Assembly: GCA_937625935.1 (NCBI GenBank)
Contig: OW569349.1
Location: 1 to 64,000 of the forward strand
DNA: 64,000 nucleotides
Origin: Tetramitus jugosus
Taxonomy: Eukaryota > Protista > Heterolobosea
Direction: 5' to 3'
The translations under genes were made by a program, and so were the position numbers. The notes beneath the pieces are model-generated. The model was not told the DNA's origin. It saw nothing but the letters and a program-made list of their open reading frames with translations, and did not search any database. Positions 34,646-46,040 of this stretch are shown one piece after another. Every line of letters starts with the position of its first letter. Position 1 is the stretch's first letter.

Positions 34646-34999
34646 TTAACCAGAGAAATCAATGATGGTGTCATATTGCTTGAACACTCTCATATTGTTG
34701 TGACGTCTGTTGGAGTGACCAGAGTTCATTCTTCCAGAGTGAGAAGCCACATGTTGATTCACATTGTGTTCCATGGAGTGTGCTCTCTGGTGCATGCTAG
34801 AGTTGGCATAGGAAGAGTTGTTTGCTTGTTGACCATTGTTGACCATGTTGGAAGAGGAGTCTGAACCATAGGAGGCACTCATATGGGATGAGGACAAGAA
34901 TGGCTTGTGAGAGCAAAAGCGTCTCAAAAGTTGTTGTTGTCCTACGAGGGACATTCTCTTGAAGGCAATGTTGGTAAGAAGTGGCAGTCGGGAATTCAT
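34646..34999 (-). CDS. Hypothetical small protein with mitochondrial-presequence-like N-terminus
   Basis: MNSRLPLL..KRMSL..LLRRF, then S/N/H-rich; no family recognised. Confidence 0.4.
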   Translation of the reverse strand: MNSRLPLLTNIAFKRMSLVGQQQLLRRFCSHKPFLSSSHMSASYGSDSSSNMVNNGQQANNSSYANSSMHQRAHSMEHNVNQHVASHSGRMNSGHSNRRHNNMRVFKQYDTIIDFSG

Positions 35000-35499
35000 G
35001 GCTAGTTTAAGAAGATTGTCTCTTGAGTGTACACTTAGGTCTGACTTATACAATTGGTTGTTGTGAATGGCAGGTGAGTCTGGCGAAGATAGGCTTTATT
35101 TTATCGTACAAGGAGAGTAAGAGAGTTCTCTTATGTGTTATGCCTTAGGTATCAAAAGTTGTGGTTTTGTTTTTTAAGTTGATGGTTGGGGGGTTTGGTC
35201 AGAAAGTTGATGTTTCGAGCTTTTTATACGCTGCTGCTCTTCCTCAAAGAGCCATACTGTTGTCTAAAAACGCTGACAGCCGCACCCGAAAGCGGCGGGT
35301 GCGCTCACAGGGGTTTTTTTGCACCACAGAAACACAGGTTCATCTGTCTGAAAATAACCGAGACACGCTTTACTGCCCATTACTACGCGCTGTGTGGCTA
35401 TGTCAGTGGCGCCATGTGCATGGTGGATATCTGGTTCTGGTCGATATTCAATATCAGGATGGAACAGTCATCTTGATGTTCGATTCGATTCTTCACTTT

Positions 35500-36600
35500 T
35501 CACATCGAAGCTCTGAGGATATTGTAGAGCTTTGTTGATGATGGTCCTGCAGGTCTTGTTCGAGCTAAGATGTGCTCCACTGATCTCAACGCTGCAAAGA
35601 GTTCGTCTCTGTCCTGTTGAAGAGAAATGATTTCTTCTTGCAAGTCCTGATTTGCTTCCAATTTTTGAATGAGAGAATCCGTGAGTTGTTGATTGGCTGA
35701 TTGTACCTTTGAGTGGAGATTTTCCAATGAAATCGAGTTCATATTTTCTGGTGAGTTCATTGGACGATTTGAAGGAGATGAGGAGTTAGGTGATGATGGA
35801 TGATTTGTTGATGGTTTTGTGCCCTTATGGAGCGTAGAATTGTTAAGCTGCTGTGATTGTGCAGGTATCGAGGATTGAAATGTCAAAATGTTTGTTAGAT
35901 TCCGAAGCGAGTGTCTCTTGGGTTGATATTCTTCTGGAAACATTGAAGAATGAGTGGCAGCGGTCGAGGAAACAAGAGATGAGCCGGATGATAGCAGCGA
36001 AGATCCCAGCACAGAAATTTCAGTATCACTCCCAGTCGAGTCATTTAGAGCACTATTCACATTTAACGCGATAGGAATCGTAATGGTTTTCACTGGACCG
36101 TCATTCTTCTTTCTATTGAGCTTCTGGGATCGAATGTTCATTGCTTGTTCGCGTCGTATTGATCCATGGTACTTGTCTAGAGCATTAGGGAAGTTCTTCA
36201 CTACATATGTGTAGCACCACTGTAGAAAATCGATATGATCGATGAACTATCAAATGAGTGACGTGTGAGACATCGTTTGTTTTGTTCAACACTTTGTCAA
36301 ATTTGTGTGAAGTGTCTCACTTACCATTGCCCTTGAAAGTTTGTTCACGGGCACAACTATAGGAATATTCAGTTTCCTCACAATTTTCTGCAACTTCTTC
36401 AAGTTTCTTTCGTAATCATCACAATGTTTAGCTCTAAAGTTAAATAGATGGAGAGGAACTTCGTCAGCTGGAAAGCATGCATCAAATATCTGGGCATAAG
36501 CAATCCCATCAGCCAACTCCTCAACTTTCTGATAGGAGGTTTCGAGAGCTTCATTCAACCAATTCAATAGCTCTCCCTTCCCTCTCTTGATGTTGTACAT
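35500..36600 (-). CDS. EB1/MAPRE-like calponin-homology microtubule protein; intron 36247-36324
   Basis: ELLNWLN..KVEELADGIAYAQIFD..N.KKLQ..FLQW; C-terminal coiled coil DRDELFAALRSVE. Confidence 0.85.
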
Positions 36601-36668
36601 GATGCGTTCACTTGGTTTTTATTGTTGACAAGGAGAAATTGGGTTTGGCGGTAATCGACTGATTCAAG

Positions 36669-37348
36669 TCAGCAGCGGCAAAAGATTGCACCCAATATTG
36701 TACCTATGAAAGCTGCCAGAATCACGCTACCCAAGACACTGCTGACTGCTATGGCAACACCTTGATGAAGCTCCATCGTTAAAGTGATACTGTGAGCACA
36801 AGTAGTGCAGTTCACTCTCTCCACCACAATGTTAATGTACTTGTTCTTAGGGTTCTTTGACGATGGTTCTATCCCTTTAATCAACTGTTCATATTTACCG
36901 TCAGGGGTAGGAAACTCATACTTGGTTGTACCATCGAACGAAAAAGGATAAAACGGTTCCCCCTCTCTGTTATCCATGTTCACACTTGTCATAAACACAT
37001 ACATATTCAATCTTCGATTATTCTCATCGAGAGAGGAAGCTTTGAGTCGCAAGTAGCTGGACACTCCACTCCATTGTTTGAAGTACCGAAATTCTCTTGG
37101 AAAGTTATCCCGAATGAACATTCTTTTCTCATACTGATAGGTTAACTTTGAATATTTTGCATAGGTTGTGTTCGAGGTATCGAACGATGGATTGCAATAC
37201 TACCAAGTGGGAAACCTTCCTTGGCGGTTGGAGAAGGATGTACAGTCAAAGTGGACATTGAACAGAATATCTCGCAGAGAATAAATAAAAGTACAACAAG
37301 GAGAAGTCGATATCTGAACCAATAGAGTCTTCCTCTCCAATCCCTCAT
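36669..37348 (-). CDS. Hypothetical membrane protein (signal/TM, luminal domain, C-terminal TM); possible intron 37200-37243
   Basis: Hydrophobic N-terminus and C-terminal TM; a 44-nt GT-AG interval joins the two ORFs in frame. Confidence 0.5.
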
Positions 37349-37511
37349 TTGTTCTCCGTTTTCTGTAACTCTGAAAAAAAACCGCTACTCCCGGAGAAAC
37401 AGAACATAGGATTCACTTGTTGAGAAAACTGAATTTCTTGGAGACAACAAGAAGAACAAACCGATCCAAAAACATTTCCTCTCAACAAAGCTCATTTCCG
37501 TCATCGTCATC

Positions 37512-40500
37512 ATGAGTGAACAATCACTCAGTCGTTCGAGTAGCAGACGAAAAAAGAGTAGTGATCATGGGCATGAAAAGAAGAAGAAGATAAAGTCCAT
37601 TGCCAATTATACATTGGGAGATGTGTTGGGTAAGGGAGGCTTCGGTGTCGTATACAGAGGCCTCAATCAAAATGATGGTTCTCAGGTTGCTGTCAAGCAA
37701 GTGTCACTCAAAAAGTGTAGCAAGGAACAAGTGGAGGACATTCACTCTGAAATTAATTTATTGAAAAAGTTGCATCATGACCTAATTGTAAGATACATTG
37801 ATCACAAACAATCAAAAACAAAGTTGTACATTATCATAGAGTATGTATCCACAAATCATGTAGCTACATTTGTGTGTGTGAGTAGAGTCTCTCTTTGTCT
37901 CTCTTTGATGCTGACATGAATTTTTTTCATGGTCGTTGTTTGTTGTTGTTTTTCAACATTTTTCATTTGTGAAACAACAGATTTGTCGAGGGAGGATCAC
38001 TACAGGATCAAATGAAAAAGTATGGTACCTTCAAGGAATCTCTAGTTGCAAAATATATTAAGCAAGTGTTGATTGGATTGAATTACTTGCACAATGAAGG
38101 TGTTATCCATCGTGATATCAAGGGTGCTAATATTTTGACGACAAAGGACGGTGGAATCAAATTGGCTGATTTTGGTGTGGCGGCTGCTCTGAGCGAAGCT
38201 GAATCAGAGAATCCTGTCGGTACGCCGTATTGGATGGCCCCCGAAATTATTGAAATGAGTCCAGCGACGCCAAAGTCTGATATTTGGAGTGTTGGAGCCA
38301 CTGTGATTGAGCTGTTAACGGGCGAACCACCATACTTTAAATTGGATCCTATGCCAGCTCTCTATCGAATTGTGCAGGATGAATCGCCACCTATACCAGA
38401 ATGTTCTAAAATTTGTGAAGATTTTCTTTACAAGTGCTTTCAAAAGGATCCAGATTTGAGAAACTCTGCGGAAATATTGTTGAAACATCCATGGATAACG
38501 GTGAACAATGGTGATGTGTCAAAAGAAGAGGAAGAAAAGAAGAAAATGGAAGCAGAAGCAGCCGAGAAAGAGAAATTAAGACTGGAAGAAGAGAGAAAGA
38601 AACAAGAGAGCAGAATGAGCGCAGAAAAAAAATTGCAACTCTTACAATTTGCTGAAGATGAAGATGATACTGATTCGTGGGGTGATTTCGGAGACGATGA
38701 ACCAATACCAGTTAACTTGGGACTGCAGTTCGAACGCCAGGAGGACATGAACAGTCCAAGCCCATCAAATGCCAGAAAAAGTATGAACATGCAGAATTTA
38801 AAGTTTGATAAGATATTAAATGCACAGAAGCAATTGGACGATGATGATGAGGATTCTGATTATGATGACTTATTTGGAGGTGATCCATTTGCGGACGATG
38901 AAGAAGAACTCGAGGACGTCGACTTTGCTCAAAAGTTGCGTCAAAAGATGACGCTAAACAACATTGATGACGATGACGATCCATTCCAGGATGACATGGA
39001 CGAATTTGCTGATTTTAACTTTGAGTCAACGCCCAAAGATGAAGAAATTCGTATGGAAACAAAGCTCAGAGATCTGTTTGCAACATTGGACATTAACAAG
39101 CACGAAGCAGAAATTGTTGATATCTGTACAAAATTGGTACGTAATTCATTTGGTGTTTTGCAATTATGGAAGAATTTTTACTCACACAGGTATTTTGTCA
39201 ATAGTGTGAGGGATTAAATCAGTTCCCAAAGTTGAAAACAAAAATTACTCAGAGCACTGGAGCCGCCTCGCTCCGAGAGCTGATGGAGAGCGACAATTGC
39301 AATGTACTTTTGCATACACTAAAGGTGATTAACAGTATCGTAATTGTCGAGGATATTTCACAAACGATTGAGAGTAGGACATTCTGTGAAACATTGTGTC
39401 TGCTGGGTATTATTCCTCCTGTTATGCAACTGGCTAGCGAATCATATGATATGCAATTGCGCCAAGAAACTTGTGCCTTCATTTATGAAATTTGTAATGT
39501 GAGCGCACTCACTCTGCAAATGTTTATTGCATGCAGAGGGTTACCAACACTAGTCAAGTTTCTAGTTCATAACGAAACAAACTTTAGCGAAAGATCAGAC
39601 ATTATATTTTCTGCTGTAGATGCAATACTTCGTGTCTTCAACATTCCAGATCCTAATAATACGAGAAAGCCAAAGAATGATTTTTGCGCACTATTTTGTA
39701 AGGCTCAACTGATGCCTCAACTCAGCAGTGTGTTGATACAACTGGCCAAAGATTCATCGCTGAGATCAAAGCAGTATCTTGATCGTGTTATTACTATTCT
39801 ACTTCTGTTCTCAAATGCTGGTCCAATTGTTCTCTCATATATGTCGCAGGGAGATGTACTACCAAACTTACTCAAGTCGATCAAACTGCTCGAAAATAAG
39901 GACATTAGACTGAACATGGTCAAATGTGTCAAGAATCTCGCTCTTAATCCAGCAACATTTGACAACTTTGTTAAATCTGATGGTATTCCAAGACTTGTTG
40001 AATTGTTGGCAGAGAGAGACGAAGATATTAGTAATCAGGTGATTGCAGCCTTGTACAGTTTGACTCTAGTGAATCGTGAACGACAAAATATCGCAGTGCA
40101 AGCTGGTATTGTTCCAGAGCTACAGCATGCGATTGAGACCGATAGTCCTCTCAAGTATTTAGCATTGAGTCTTATTTGCATGTTGGCTCATGCCAGTAAT
40201 ATTGCAAGAGAGGAATTGTGGAAGAATGATGGTGTTCGATTCTTCATCAAGATTCTCCGTATTAATGGCTATCAAGTGAACGCTTTGGAAGCTCTCAGAG
40301 AATGGATTACTGAAGACACGAAACGGGTACAGAACGAATTATGCAGAAAGGAGAACATTGAAGAATTGGTGAGTGTATTCAGTTCAGCTAGCAGAACAGT
40401 CTTTGCATCAATGCTTGAACCTCTCCAAAACATTCTGAACGTTTCCGTCAAGGTGAACAAGGCACTCAGCAATACAACAGAGTTTGTATCAAAACTCATG

Positions 40501-40722
40501 AAGCAATCGTTGCTGCAACCGCAACCTGATGCACAGATTAGAATCCGTGTCATGCAACTGAAGATTGTTCAATCTCTGTATCGATGGTGTGATCATCCTA
40601 AGCGCATGATGGCAGATTTGTATCCAGTCATCAAGCAAATTGCTCAACAAGAGAAGGGTATTCTGGTGAACGAAATTGCTATGAATCTATTGAGTGCTTT
40701 TGAGACCAATATCAAGCTGTAA
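37512..40722 (+). CDS. Cdc15/Cdc7(S. pombe)/MAP3K-epsilon family kinase with ARM repeats; introns 37841-37980 and 39137-39204
   Basis: [44 protein letters not shown]; [14 protein letters not shown] motif of this family. Confidence 0.93.
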
Positions 40723-40915
40723 AAAGTCGGTTCAATACAATTTGTCGTCTTTTTTTTCTCTTGTTGATTTTGTAAAGTGAGAGTCAACTTCATGAATTTT
40801 TCCGACACGCAAAAAAATGCTTCTCCGTCTGTGAAAAAGAAATAGACGTCTCATTTTTGAATCATCATCGTTACTGTTTGCGCTTGCATTCTTCCACACA
40901 AACAATTCAACAATC

Positions 40916-42970
40916 ATGCAAGCAGCATTGAGACTCGCCAAAATTTCAAGCAGGCAATCAACCGCCGCACCCTCAACAACATCATTCGTACAACGTTCCT
41001 ATGTCGTTGGTAAAATTAGAGCCAAACCAAGAGACGATGAAGCAGAACCCTCACTGATGGAAGAGATTGAAGAGGAAGAAGCAGTACCATCTGAATGGAC
41101 CCGAGCTCACTTTTCTGCAGAACAACTCAATGAGCTTGCTGATGACAGAACCATGGAAATTGAAAAGAGAATGGAAGCTCTGATTCACAGAGATCAAGCA
41201 TATGGTGATGCATATGCTTCAATGAAGAGAGGCACTCACATCACACCAGAAAACATCAAAACTGACATTGCTGATCCTCATGAATTGTTTGATTCACAGT
41301 TTGGAATGGATCGTGATATTCGTCTCGTCGAACGTCATCAATTGTTCAAAATGTCACAAAAGAATGGCTTGCCAGTATTGAAGAACAAGCCACGTTTCCG
41401 CTCTGGCATTCCAACAATGATTGATCCTGTGGGTGAAACATTTGCCAAGTTTAAGAAACAAACAAACTTTTACAACAAAAATCCATACCGATACGCCAAT
41501 GCTGAAAAATTGATTGAGAATAAGGAGTCTAGAGATGAAATGTCTCGCATTATTAAGCAGCAATTGCAGAAACAATCGACAGAGGCTAGATCCAGTGCTG
41601 AACAGTGGTTGGAAGAGGACATGGATATGAGAAATTATTTGTCAAAAGCATCTGTTGCAGAAGCCGCACGTATCGAAGCAATCACCAGTGGAGCTACCGC
41701 CGAGGAAGTAGAGGCAGTAGTCAATTCGTTTACTCAGGAGCGGACCAAATCAACACTGCTCGACAATGACGACTTGGATTCATATTTGGCCTCTCAGGAG
41801 AACGCTGATGAATCAGAAGAAGGAGGAGGCTTCCAAGTCCTTGATTCTCTTACTTTTTGGAATAACAACAAACAATTCAAGGAGAGAAAGTTTGATAATT
41901 TTGATTTGAATTTGCCAGTAGCACCTGAATTGTACTCTCTCACTGCTCCAAGGAACATTACTGAGGGAGAATTAAACAAATTGTATGTCATCAATTCTGG
42001 TGACTACAATACGTTCTTTGGAGAGTTGGGTTTTGGTGGAGAATTGGACAAGGTTTTTGAGAGAGTTGCACAGAGAGCTCTCATGATCAGAGAGCCTGTA
42101 TTGCCTGCTGTTGACTTGCTCACTCGAATGAAGGCCAATAATGGTAAGCGCACAGATTTAAATCAGAGAGGATTCGTTTTTACTGGTATTAGAGGTGGAG
42201 GAAAGACTGCATGTCTCTCAATTGTTGCCCATCATGCATTCAAGAATGACTTTTTGGTGTTTTATATTCCATCTGCTCATCATTGGACTCATGGACCTCA
42301 CTATGTTGAGCCGTCCGTCTTGTTGAAGGGATACTTCGATGTGCCAACACCATCTCTCGCCTTCCTCAGACAGTTCAGCAAAGCCAATTCCAAGATTTTG
42401 AAGAAGATGAAGCTTTCCAAGTCCTTCAATTTACCAGTCGAACTTGGTGAGAAGCAACCAACCAACCTGCAGGAACTGATTCAATTTGGTGTCGTTTCGG
42501 AAGATAACGCATCCATTGCATTTAAGTTATTAATGGACGAGTTGGTTGTCAATAATGATGTCCCAATGGCATTCATTGTTGATGATTACAACTTCTTCAT
42601 GGACACAACTGGCTTCTCTTATGGTAACTTGGCAGAGTTTGACACCAAGATGCCAGAACCTGTTCATGCTACACAGCTCACAATTGTTCGTGGATTGAAT
42701 CGTCTCTTGTTACAAAACAGTCCAAACAAGGTGTTTGTGGCCGCTGCTTCCAACAAGTGGAAACAACAAAACGAAACGAGATTGGAAGACTATCCACTCG
42801 AGGTTCTCAACGTTCCTCGTTATAGTGAGGTCGAGATGGGTACTATGTTGGATTATTACTTCTCCGCATATTATATTGAGGGTGTAGCAGCTCACACGGC
42901 AGAGGATTTGCTGTATTTGACTGGTGCAGTGCCAAGTGCTTTGTTCAATGAACTATCTGTGTACCATTAA
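40916..42970 (+). CDS. DAP3: Mitochondrial ribosomal protein mS29/DAP3
   Basis: Presequence-like N-terminus; ALMIREP, P-loop GIRGGGKT, FIVDDYN, VPRYS..E; its stop codon is part of the TTAA target site. Confidence 0.88.
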   Translation: MQAALRLAKISSRQSTAAPSTTSFVQRSYVVGKIRAKPRDDEAEPSLMEEIEEEEAVPSEWTRAHFSAEQLNELADDRTMEIEKRMEALIHRDQAYGDAYASMKRGTHITPENIKTDIADPHELFDSQFGMDRDIRLVERHQLFKMSQKNGLPVLKNKPRFRSGIPTMIDPVGETFAKFKKQTNFYNKNPYRYANAEKLIENKESRDEMSRIIKQQLQKQSTEARSSAEQWLEEDMDMRNYLSKASVAEAARIEAITSGATAEEVEAVVNSFTQERTKSTLLDNDDLDSYLASQENADESEEGGGFQVLDSLTFWNNNKQFKERKFDNFDLNLPVAPELYSLTAPRNITEGELNKLYVINSGDYNTFFGELGFGGELDKVFERVAQRALMIREPVLPAVDLLTRMKANNGKRTDLNQRGFVFTGIRGGGKTACLSIVAHHAFKNDFLVFYIPSAHHWTHGPHYVEPSVLLKGYFDVPTPSLAFLRQFSKANSKILKKMKLSKSFNLPVELGEKQPTNLQELIQFGVVSEDNASIAFKLLMDELVVNNDVPMAFIVDDYNFFMDTTGFSYGNLAEFDTKMPEPVHATQLTIVRGLNRLLLQNSPNKVFVAAASNKWKQQNETRLEDYPLEVLNVPRYSEVEMGTMLDYYFSAYYIEGVAAHTAEDLLYLTGAVPSALFNELSVYH

Positions 42971-45515
42971 GGTGGCGGTCTACCAACTCCTCGAATAAAT
43001 AGGGCTCCTCGTATAAAATGATTTTTGTTTGAGAAAAAAGAAGCAAGATGTGGGTCGATCAAAAAACATCAGAATCCATACACAAGTGTTAATCAGCCAC
43101 AATACTGTGAATTCTCGGTTACAAGCAACACTTTCGTGCTTTGTGATTTCTCTGCGGCGGAGGTTCGGGCTTCTTTATTTGGGCTAGTTGACAGGAACAT
43201 TGAATCTCTCTGGAGAATACAAAAACACACTTGGATGATTAGAGTCATCCACACGTTGTCATTAAACAAGTTCTGAGTCAAAGATGCAATACTTGGTAGA
43301 GTTTCATATTGGAGTCTCCTCCAGTAGATGATTTCGGTTGTTGTGTGTATTGGTTCAGAGGATGGACGATGGACGTTTTCTTTCAAGACGCGAGATTGAA
43401 CCACCCAAGAAGAAATAAAGCATTTGCCAAACGAGTAACGTCATCTTTCTGTTGCCTAAATCTCAGTTTCCTCTAAGCTGCGGAATTGGTGCAGTTGTAA
43501 AAATTTCCGTTGAGACTGTCTTTACAACGGCAACGGCCATCTACCTCGGTTTAAAAAGCGCTGTCTTTTTCGCTGTTTGATTCAACTCACACAACAAACA
43601 CAACACACAACAAATACAATAACATTATGCCACGAGGTGTGCCTAAGGACGGCAAGAGAAAGAGAAAGAGAGAGACTGTCAAAAAGGATGAATACTCATC
43701 ACATTACGTGGTCAAGGTCGGTCTGAAGTCTCTATTGTTGCATTGTCCAACTCTGTTACCAATCATACAAACTCAAGCTCTGGAGATTACAAGGATTGCT
43801 CTTCGACTCACAAGATTTATAAACATAATTGTTTTGAGGCACTTGGAGAACAATTGTGATATCCCTCTCTTGAATCAAGGATTTATTCAACGAATCGGTT
43901 CAGTGTTGTTTGGACGCAAGTCGAAGACAAGAGACGATAATGTCAACCTCATCAACGGATCAGTCAACATGGATGACGTAAAAATCAAGCTAAGGAAGAT
44001 TTATGAGAAGTTTTCCAAATCCATCAATTACGTTGCCAAGTCTCTCAATGTCAATATTTCTAACATGCTCAAGTTCACATTGGAACAAAGACTGAGAAAG
44101 TATTTGAGAGTGAGGATGAATCAATTGCACTATGATCAATCAATCCCAAGGTCTGAATACAGAAGAGTCATAGAATACATCATCAGAAAGTTGACATTCG
44201 TCACTCCAGTTTATGATTTTGTCAAACTGCCTCCAAAAGAGTTGATAGAGACTATTCCTGTGTTGATCCGAGAGGTTCGAACACTTGTTGGTGCTAAAAC
44301 TGACGAAGTGATTGATGAATCGTTTGTGAACAACAACACCAATAACATGCTGAAGTTTTACTGGCATGCTCAACAGTTTCTGATTGGCAATGGAACGAAA
44401 TCATTTGCATTGTTGCCCTTGTCCCACTTTAAATGTAGATGCATGGAGATTGGTACAACGGACCTGATAGACATGCTCCAACAGAAGAAGAAACCAGGAG
44501 GACAAAAGAAGGGTAATGTACAAGTTATTGAACCCATTGAATTGAAATACAATCTCAAGTGTTTGAATGTTGGAACAAAGAAGATTCAAATCGACTCTAT
44601 CAGAACTGACGGTATTCAGGCCTCTGTTGTTCTCAGACATCAACTCGTTGGCAATCACAAGAACAATAAGGCAAAGGAATCCAAGGGCCAGAAAGAAGCA
44701 AAGAAGAGAAAGAAAGAAACAAGTATGAACGAAGGTGCTGAATATTTGGTTGGGATTGACCCGGGTATTGTTACGTTGGTGAGTTGTGCAGATTCAGATG
44801 GCAAGAAGTGGGAGTTGTCTAACAAAACATATAGACATCTGTCCCACCATTCAAAAAACTCCAAGCGATTGTTGAAATACAAAGCAGAATGGAACGAAAT
44901 GAATGAGAAGAACTTGGATGAACTCCATAACTCAATCAAACAGGCCCGTGTACCAACAAGTGGTCTGTTCCTTGAACACATCAATTCTGTATTGAAAGTC
45001 GAGGATGATTTGTTGAATTTTTATTGCACCCCAAAGGTGAAGAGACTGAATTGGGATAGCTATATAATGAGAGATAAGACGATTGCCAATGTTATGAATG
45101 ACTTTCGAAAGAGAGCAAATGGAAGAAGCATGTTAATTGGGATGGGCAATGCTGGTTTCTCACATGAAGCCAGTCAAGCATAAGAGAATAGACAAGAATG
45201 GAACGTTGAATGTCTCTGTCGTCCGAGGAGTTAAACAGTGTGCAACCACTATATGTTTAGTGACTCACAACAGAGACATCAATGCGGTCAAGAACATGCT
45301 CCATCTACTGAGAACAGAAATGGATGGACAGTCACGTCCCGATGCCTTCAAGAGGAAGAAAAAGGTCGCAAAAGAATTAATCAAAATGGTGGAACACCTC
45401 CAAGGCTCACTCCATCAAGCTGCTATGTAAGTCCCGATTATGTAGGAGCGTTAAGGTGTCTTATCGGGAAACCATAATGTTTTTATTATGGCTTGATCGA
45501 CAGTAGACCGCCACC
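42971..45515 (+). mobile_element. Non-autonomous TIR DNA transposon carrying Fanzor1; 13-bp TIRs, TTAA target-site duplication
   Basis: TTAA(42967-70)|GGTGGCGGTCTAC(42971-83)...GTAGACCGCCACC(45503-15)|TTAA(45516-19); no recognisable transposase inside. Confidence 0.93.
43627..45430 (+). pseudogene. Fanzor1 (TnpB/Cas12-related RNA-guided endonuclease) with internal deletion/frameshift at ~45163
   Basis: N-terminal VVKVGLKSLL, IRTDG, RuvC-I VGIDPG, LSNKTY, IGMGNAGF; then in another frame VRGVKQC-x4-C and RuvC-III NRDINAVKNM...RP..F.R; RuvC-II E-x-x-TS-x-x-C-x-x-C is absent. Confidence 0.9.
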
Positions 45516-45539
45516 TTAAGGGACATCGAATAAAGCGAA
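45385..45539 (+). ncRNA. Predicted Fanzor omegaRNA (scaffold to the right end, guide from flanking DNA)
   Basis: Nested stems ATCAAG/CTTGAT (45414-19/45492-97), TCCCGAT/ATCGGGA (45432-38/45463-69), CCATAAT/ATTATGG (45472-78/45485-91) between the ORF end and the right TIR; boundaries inferred. Confidence 0.65.
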
Positions 45540-45706
45540 TCGAAATCAATTTTTATTGTTCCAGGAGTCGACTCTGCTTTTAGTTTGTCACCCAGGTTTT
45601 TCTCGCTCCGGACAAAAATGTCTTGTCGTCAAAAGACACCCGTTGAAGAATATAAACCTCTTCCTTGTTGCTGAGTTGCCTACATTCGACAAAAACACAA
45701 AGAGTC

Positions 45707-45934
45707 ATGGAACAATACACTGAACATCACAGCACAGAGGAGGAATTTACTAGATACAACGTGAGCAAACTTCAATCTCAAACCTCGAATACATCGCGAG
45801 CCAAGAGCATCCCCACCAAGAGGAAGGAAAGTTTCGATCTCGAGATTGGGTCCTTGAGCGAATACTATACCAGCGTGGGAAGTAAAGCCTTATTCGACGA
45901 ACCATTCCAATCCGGTCATGCCAGAGATTGCTGA
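45707..45934 (+). CDS. Possible small hypothetical protein
   Basis: 75-aa ATG-initiated ORF with protein-like composition only. Confidence 0.25.
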   Translation: MEQYTEHHSTEEEFTRYNVSKLQSQTSNTSRAKSIPTKRKESFDLEIGSLSEYYTSVGSKALFDEPFQSGHARDC

Positions 45935-46040
45935 CCGCGCTTTTTATGGGCAATTTATCCACCCGAGCCAGATCAGAACTCTCTCATCTCAAAATAAAGA
46001 ACTGATTTCTCTGTCACAACGACTTTTCTGCAACAAAATC

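Noticed and set aside
35281-35303. GC-rich hairpin CGCACCCG-N7-CGGGTGCG as an ncRNA
   Set aside because: Single 8-bp stem with no tRNA/snRNA features; insufficient evidence.
43093-43404. 103-aa minus-strand ORF in the element as transposase remnant
   Set aside because: No DDE or other recognisable motif; non-ATG start; cannot be supported.
42967-45519. piggyBac, Harbinger or IS607/Fanzor2 assignment
   Set aside because: Ends are GG..CC rather than CC..GG; 3-bp TWA duplication readings mismatch (TAA vs TTA); no serine recombinase, and the protein has Fanzor1-type motifs.
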